Part shown: positions 58,675 through 64,000 of the stretch, piece after piece
Position numbering within the stretch: position 1 is the stretch's first letter
Layout of the letters: every line of letters starts with the position of its first letter
Origin: a virus
Direction: 5' to 3' (one strand)
Length of the DNA stretch: 64,000 bases
Virus record (IMG/VR): IMGVR_UViG_3300018481_000001
Span: 35,991 to 99,990 of that record
The notes under the pieces: generated by a model
What the model saw: the letters and a program-made list of their open reading frames with translations, nothing else
The model's database searches: none
Told to the model about the DNA's origin: nothing
Position numbers and translations under genes: made by a program

Positions 58675-58870
58675 TGCCTAGAGTACGTACAATTAATTTA
58701 TTATTCATTTCAGCTTTGGGAAACGAATAATAAATCAATTTTGAGGCTTTTACGATGTTTATACAATTTCAGCGGAGCGACCCGCAGGGGAAATTTTATA
58801 AAGATCGGATCAGCCAGAAACCACGGCGATGTCGGTACAACATCTATCGGGAGATCTCCCGAGCGCAGAA
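58672..58870 (-). ncRNA. Array unit G (199 nt, first transcribed)
   Basis: 6-bp stem ttctgc/gcagaa; G58864/G58678; hairpins 58847-58862 and UAC 58828-58844; two AT-rich cargo hairpins 58691-58740 and 58753-58807. Confidence 0.65.
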
Positions 58871-58902
58871 TACGTTCTTATACCGTAAACGCCGTGTATT
58901 TT

Positions 58903-59790
58903 TCAGCCGGCCTGCTGCAGGTCGTTGCTGCCGTTGACAAAGCGGGGCTTATTGGTCGAGCCCTTCGGACGACCAGGACCACGCTTCACTACGGTGCCAT
59001 CAGAAATGGGCGCAACGTTCACAGCAGCTTCGACGCGGGGCTTATTGGTCGAGCCCTTCGGACGACCAGGACCACGCTTTACTTCACCCGTGGGCTGAGC
59101 AACCGGAGCGGTCTGAGCGGCAGCAACGCGGGGAGCGTGCTGGGCTGCAGGACCGGCAGCGGGCGTGGTTCGAACCGCACGAACGGCCGGAGCCGCAGGT
59201 GCCTGCGCAACAGGAGCCGCAGCGACCGCCTGGGGGTTCTTCGGCGGACGACCACGACGCTTGGGCGCAACGGCCGGTGCCGTGGCAGCAACGAACACAG
59301 GGACGGGAGCCGCCGCCTGCGTGTACGGCAGCTCAGGCTGACGCACCTTGGGCGGACGACCACGACGCTTGGGCTCCTGCGAAACCGCTGCCGAGGGCTG
59401 CACGGGCTGCGCAATAACCGCCTGAGGATTCTTCGGCGGACGACCACGACGCTTGGGCATAGTGGCAATTGCGACCGAAGCAGAAAGCTCCGACTCGAGA
59501 GGCTGCACGGGGTTTTTGGGCGGGCGACCCGGACCACGCGCCGACAAAATCGTGGCATCTCCCAAAGTAATTTCGGGAAGAGGCAACGACGCAACCTGCG
59601 TCAACAGCTTGAACTGCTTGGTAGCCGTCGCAAGGCACGCCCGGTAATGCGCCAGATCAACCGGCGAAAGCGTGCCGCTCGTCGCAAGGGTATTTACGGA
59701 CGAAACTACATCGCGAAGACGCACAAGCTGGTTTTCAGCCTGACGCTTACTCTCGGTGACGATACGAAGGGCATTGGGGCGGGCGGCCAT
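58903..59790 (-). CDS. AT-hook repeat, HMGA/histone-like DNA-binding protein
   Basis: Six GRP motifs (RGPGRPPK, KRRGRPPK x3, KRGPGRPKGS x2) in Ala/Pro/Val linkers; AGGAG RBS before MAARPN (ORF track starts at 59871). Confidence 0.82.
   Translation of the reverse strand: MAARPNALRIVTESKRQAENQLVRLRDVVSSVNTLATSGTLSPVDLAHYRACLATATKQFKLLTQVASLPLPEITLGDATILSARGPGRPPKNPVQPLESELSASVAIATMPKRRGRPPKNPQAVIAQPVQPSAAVSQEPKRRGRPPKVRQPELPYTQAAAPVPVFVAATAPAVAPKRRGRPPKNPQAVAAAPVAQAPAAPAVRAVRTTPAAGPAAQHAPRVAAAQTAPVAQPTGEVKRGPGRPKGSTNKPRVEAAVNVAPISDGTVVKRGPGRPKGSTNKPRFVNGSNDLQQAG
58942..59079. repeat. 45-bp perfect direct repeat (58942-58986 and 59035-59079) encoding KRGPGRPKGSTNKPR
   Basis: Identical sequence read directly. 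Confidence 0.9.
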
Positions 59791-60361
59791 GACGTGTCTC
59801 CTGTGTACTGCGGGTGTTTTGGAAACCCAGAATCGATATGTTGAAAGTATAGCGCGCAGACAATAAGTCAATAGGAAATATTGTTGGCCCTAGGCGTTTG
59901 CGTCGAAATAATCTTGGGCCCCCCTACAAATCTCGTCGAACTCTTCAAGTAGTTGTTCACCTTTTTCAGGCGTGAAATCGGGTTCGTTTTGTGAAGAACC
60001 ATAAGCATTTCTTAGGTTTATATTCGCGAGAGCCAGAGCGAACACGGTTTCCATGTCGGTTAAGTCTCGCTTCTTCTTTTGCTCCACAACGAAACCGACC
60101 AGGTCTTCAGTGAACGCGCCAGCGCGCTCTACAAAGCTTTTGAGGCGTTCTTGTTGGTACCGGCGTAGGTTTTCTTCGCTGAGCTTTTGCCCAGGCGCCA
60201 CGGCAATGAGCTCTTTGTCGTTTCCAGCGCTGGCGCTGAGAAACCTTTTGGCAAATTGGTCTAGGCCCTTGAGGCCCACGTCATCGGTATTTGGCATGCG
60301 TGAAAGATATCCACTGACAGCCAAAAGAAAAGAAAGCACCACACAAGACTGCAAAGACAGG

Positions 60362-60802
60362 TCAGGAAACACTGGGAACTAACCCAGTTGTCCCCATTTC
60401 TGTACGTGCAGTGTGGATCGCACGAAAGTAACCCGCGAAGTTTTTAGTAGGTTCGAGCTCGAATGCGTCTGCTGTTGCAAAGAGCAGTTTTGCGAGGGTT
60501 TCTCCTATCGCTTGAAAACTGGCCGCAACCCACGCGGCCCCCAGGTAATTTGTATCTTCACGAAAAATGTTGTCTGCGTGATACGCAGCTTGGAACAGGT
60601 CGTAGGCTGCAGGCGTGAAGTCGGCATGTTTAATTGCCGTGGCCATGAGCCGAAGCTCGCGAGGCGTGGGTACCGTAAGCCCGAGCCGTGTGCTGAGACG
60701 AAGGCCGGGAAGGAGATTGAATTTAATAGATGCGATGGTCGCCTTGCTTGCGAAGCCGAAAACAGAATGGGTCAAACCAAAAACATGCGTAACTTTGGAC
60801 AT
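60362..60802 (-). CDS. Hypothetical protein, paralog of 61396-61845
   Basis: PGLRLSTRLGLT.PTP.E.R......H.D.T shared. Confidence 0.75.
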   Translation of the reverse strand: MSKVTHVFGLTHSVFGFASKATIASIKFNLLPGLRLSTRLGLTVPTPRELRLMATAIKHADFTPAAYDLFQAAYHADNIFREDTNYLGAAWVAASFQAIGETLAKLLFATADAFELEPTKNFAGYFRAIHTARTEMGTTGLVPSVS

Positions 60803-60899
60803 GATAAAATAACCCCTATATTTGCTATGCCCCTATGCCGTAGATAGGTGCTTTTAATGAACTCAAACAGGGCGCAAGCGTAATGCCAGCGCGTTTGAG

Positions 60900-61334
60900 C
60901 TATGCAGCAATCCCGAGCGCACGAAGAACGACTGCTTTAGGTACGCAAACTCCGGCCTCCCAACGCGCAACTGTACGGGTGGAAACACCGAGTTCTTTGG
61001 CAAAAGCCTCTTGAGAAAGACGCCTTTTATCGCGTACGCGCACGATTTGTTCGGAAATGGCACACGTGTCCGGAGCAAGCGCTTCCTCGTACGTTGTCTT
61101 CGTGCGTAAGGCAGGGTTTTTACGCAGGGCTAGCTCAATGGTTGCAAGTTTAACTGCAGCTTCAAGGGGGTTACCTTGACCATCGTCAAACTCGTCCATG
61201 ATGCTCTCTGCCAGAAGAGGTAGTTCCATGGCAAGAGGTGCGATCTTTTGGAACTCGATAGCCAGCGCGTAACTGCGGTGTAGATGCTTTTCTCTTTGGG
61301 TTTGCTTGTGCTCGAGGTATTCGTCGCTGTTCAT
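60900..61334 (-). CDS. Protein with C-terminal XRE HTH
   Basis: LSQEAFAKELGVSTRTVARWEAG...P. Confidence 0.85.
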   Translation of the reverse strand: MNSDEYLEHKQTQREKHLHRSYALAIEFQKIAPLAMELPLLAESIMDEFDDGQGNPLEAAVKLATIELALRKNPALRTKTTYEEALAPDTCAISEQIVRVRDKRRLSQEAFAKELGVSTRTVARWEAGVCVPKAVVLRALGIAA

Positions 61335-61395
61335 AAAAATATTATTCTTTTTATAAAAAATATTGGCGGCACCCTTGCAGGCAGCGCGGTTTTAG

Positions 61396-61845
61396 TTAGG
61401 AAGCGGCCTTGGCCAACTCACGCGCGAACGCACGGTTTTGTGCATTGTGCGTTGCACGGATATATGTGAACAAATTATATTTGTTCTCGCGCTCGTAGAC
61501 ATCCGCGAAGTCCAGCATGCCCTGGTAGAATGCTTCATTCGAGAACAGAGCCCTTGCCGTAGCCTCGTCGAAGAAAGGCGTGTACGGCTTGCCGATGAGC
61601 GCGCAGGCGTGCATGAGCGCTTGGTCGATGTATTCCGCCACGTCGGTCATGTCCACGTGGCGAAACATGTGCGCGATGACTCGAATTTCCGTGGGCGTGG
61701 GCAAGGTGAGCCCAAGACGCGTGGACAACCGGAGACCAGGTGTGCGCCAGGTGCGCAAATGAATCTCGGTGCCCCAGAGCATGAGTTTCCCGTAAAGCGT
61801 GATGAGAGCGGCGATGTGTTGCTTAGAACTATTCATAAAATGCAT
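61396..61845 (-). CDS. Hypothetical protein, paralog of 60362-60802
   Basis: Same PGLRLSTRLGLT motif; start may be 61836. Confidence 0.75.
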   Translation of the reverse strand: MHFMNSSKQHIAALITLYGKLMLWGTEIHLRTWRTPGLRLSTRLGLTLPTPTEIRVIAHMFRHVDMTDVAEYIDQALMHACALIGKPYTPFFDEATARALFSNEAFYQGMLDFADVYERENKYNLFTYIRATHNAQNRAFARELAKAAS

Positions 61846-62216
61846 TAACTCCTATAGGGTGCGCTATGTCCCTATACCGAGAAATGCTTGTTTTTTATGA
61901 AGTATTTTAGGTAGATTTTTGGAGCTCTTTGAGCAAATCAATTTTGCTCAAGCGCGGCTGTCGATCGACGTAATCGTAGCAATGAAGCACAACCTGGCCC
62001 TTTTTAACGATATACGGTTTTGCCAGCTGCCCTTCTTCAGCGCGACGAACTGCTTCGGGAAATTTCTGGCCGGGCCCCTCCTTGGTCGGATAAATACTCC
62101 GAAGGGTGCACCAGCCCCATACGGTTTCACGCACCGTTCCACCGGGCTGCCCCCGTAGAACCGGGTCGAAATGTTCGCAAGAAGTGCAGGTCTTCTGATT
62201 GAGAGTGGACATAAGC

Positions 62217-62281
62217 TAAATATAGTGGGGATCGAACCCACTCTCTTGCCAAGGTATTGTACCACTCGTGACGCTATATTT
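62217..62281 (-). ncRNA. tRNA-like element (acceptor stem and T-arm; degenerate D and anticodon arms)
   Basis: Minus strand AAATATA...GTGGG-TTCGATC-CCCAC-TATATTT-A. Confidence 0.45.
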
Positions 62282-63460
62282 CGGACATGACCCTCTTACA
62301 GTGTCTATCCTGGATGGCGATAGCCTTTCTCGCCGGGTACGTCACGGGCGAGTTTCGCCGCGATACTTTTTGGAAGCGTACCGCAGAGCGTACTAATAAT
62401 ATTTTGTGGGTCGCTGGAAAACGCTACCGCATTCGAAAACTTGATTAATTTTTGTATGGCTTTATTTTGTACTTTTGCAGCTTCTCACGCAAAGCAGGCA
62501 CGCTGTAAAGTTTTGCAAATGCTTGGATGAGCTGCAATGCCCCTGCTTCACGTGAGGCAGCCAAAGGAATGGCAAGAGTCCAGCCATCCGCACGCTGCAT
62601 ATAGAATTTAATGGTGTTGGTGGGCTGCAAAAGAGGCAGCTGGGATATTACGATGCCATAATCGGCAAGCGTATCTTCGATAGCTGGTTTTTCTTGTACG
62701 CAAAAGTTAAGTAGTTGTAGCGCTGCAATGGGCACGTCTTGCGTGCCCTCGAGCGTGATGCCGCCGTAGCCCCGAACATCAATGGTTGTGTACTTGGCGC
62801 CAAAATTGTCTGTATCCCCCGCGTTTTCAATAGGCAGAGGTACGTTGGCGGTCGAAGACATAATGCGTGGTGGCGGTGCAGGCGCGACCGCAGGAGCCTT
62901 GCGCCAGGGGTCTGCCAGCATGCCGGGTTTACTAGGCTTGGTCATTAGGCTTGGTTGACCTGTGCAGCTACGTGAATAGCGTGATTCGCAGCTGCCCAGA
63001 CTTCTTCGCAAGCTTCAGACCAAATTTCTCGAGGAGCACCGCCGCGCACGAAAATCTGAGATGGCAACAAAACCAATCCGAAAAGAGCTTCCGGACCCGT
63101 CGCGCTCAATTTGGATTTGTGAATAGCCATAGCCAGGCGTGATACGCGTGCTTTCCAATTTGCATCGACCAGACTTCTCAAGTCGAAAGTCAGGACGCGT
63201 TTCCCAACATGCCGAATATTGGACGTGTTATAACATTCGTCACAAATCATTCGGAAGTATTGATGCGGCATATTCTGCAGTGACGTAGATTGTGCGGCAA
63301 AGCGCAGCAACACAATGGCCCAGTCTATTGTCTGCGGAATACGTGCTTTGTACAGCGCCTTTTCGAGCTGCATGACATAGCCAAGCCATTCTTCAATTTC
63401 ACTATCTTCCACAGGGATGGCATCAAGTTCAGCTTGCGTAGGCATTCGCATAGGTAACTC

Positions 63461-63877
63461 CTAGGGCTTCAACAAAATATTGTTAGTTTGTGCCTGACGG
63501 CAGTCATAATGAATTAAGTAAATGCGCTCATTTAAAGCAATCCCAACATCCGTGGGATCTGAAGGATTAACAGCCCGAGGGTTGGTTACCTGAAAAGCAG
63601 GCTGGACAATGTCATTGGCCTGGAACTTCTTGCCGCAACAAAAACATGTTTGGAGTTCAGGGTACACGTGCCACTGGTTCCTTCCTTTTTTGTTACAATT
63701 AAGATGAAACCAGAGGGTGCGGATGTTCGCGCCAATAATCCCTAGCTCAGCGTGAGTCTGGGTTGTCCGAACATCTTTTTGAAAGTATCCGGATACGATC
63801 AAATCCCCGTCTTGCAGCACATGTTCACACGCTGCGCAGCGATGCGACAGCGCAATGATTCTTTCCGTGTCGAGCAT
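63461..63877 (-). CDS. Cys/His-rich hypothetical protein with an internal duplication
   Basis: Two CxxC...D.I/IV....Q...GI.......H..C units. Confidence 0.55.
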   Translation of the reverse strand: MLDTERIIALSHRCAACEHVLQDGDLIVSGYFQKDVRTTQTHAELGIIGANIRTLWFHLNCNKKGRNQWHVYPELQTCFCCGKKFQANDIVQPAFQVTNPRAVNPSDPTDVGIALNERIYLIHYDCRQAQTNNILLKP

Positions 63878-64000
63878 AGGCGCATGCTAAAAAATAATGC
63901 TCCGAAGAGCAATATTTTTACTTAACAACGACAAGATGTTTTGGATGGTATCCGTAACGGAGATTCGAAGGCTGCCAGCGAACATCGACCTCGGGACCTT

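Larger units (their letters stand above)
57795..58870 (-). ncRNA. Tandem array of seven retron msr-msd-like structured RNA units
   Basis: Seven mostly abutting units, each with a terminal inverted repeat, G opposite G at the stem end, a conserved stem-G-UAC-C-stem hairpin and a variable cargo; G-U wobbles in the conserved hairpins favour the minus strand. Confidence 0.75.

Noticed and set aside
57795-58870. CRISPR array
   Set aside because: No identical 25-40 nt direct repeats, unit length varies from 109 to 247 nt, and no cas genes are present; conservation is structural
57795-58870. tRNA cluster
   Set aside because: No TTCRA T-loops or cloverleaf geometry; UAC sits in a 3-nt loop, not a 7-nt anticodon loop
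58741-59844. 367-aa plus-strand Arg-rich ORF
   Set aside because: Antisense shadow of the repetitive GC-rich AT-hook gene
59846-59871. Sigma70 promoter TTGACT...TATACT for the AT-hook gene (minus strand)
   Set aside because: The spacer is only 14 nt, too short to call with confidence

Overview
This 64 kb window looks like part of a large (jumbo-type) tailed-phage genome. The Uma2-family genes suggest a Myxococcota-like host (inference). Layout: (i) 1-29.5 kb, about 100 tightly packed small minus-strand ORFs, mostly hypothetical, plus Uma2 nucleases, an HD (Mesh1/SpoT-like) hydrolase, a DHH/DHHA1 phosphoesterase, an Acb2/Tad1-like protein and orphan HigA/HicB-like proteins; (ii) a ~1 kb non-coding divergence point with short repeats (29.57-30.54 kb); (iii) a plus-strand block with a 704-aa unknown and a virion/tail module including three paralogous His-repeat fibres; (iv) a minus-strand block with higBA, tandem paralog families, a DEDDh exonuclease, a dNMP kinase, a holin-like gene and a six-AT-hook protein. 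The standout is a 1.1 kb non-coding tract (57795-58870, minus strand) between the AT-hook gene and a terminator. It parses into seven tandem structured units. Each is closed by its own inverted-repeat stem capped by an unpaired G opposite G, carries a conserved G-UAC-C hairpin 19-29 nt after that G, and then has a variable hairpin cargo. This matches the architecture of retron msr-msd RNAs, arranged as an array. No reverse transcriptase is recognisable in the window. All calls were made by eye; no searches or folding programs were run.
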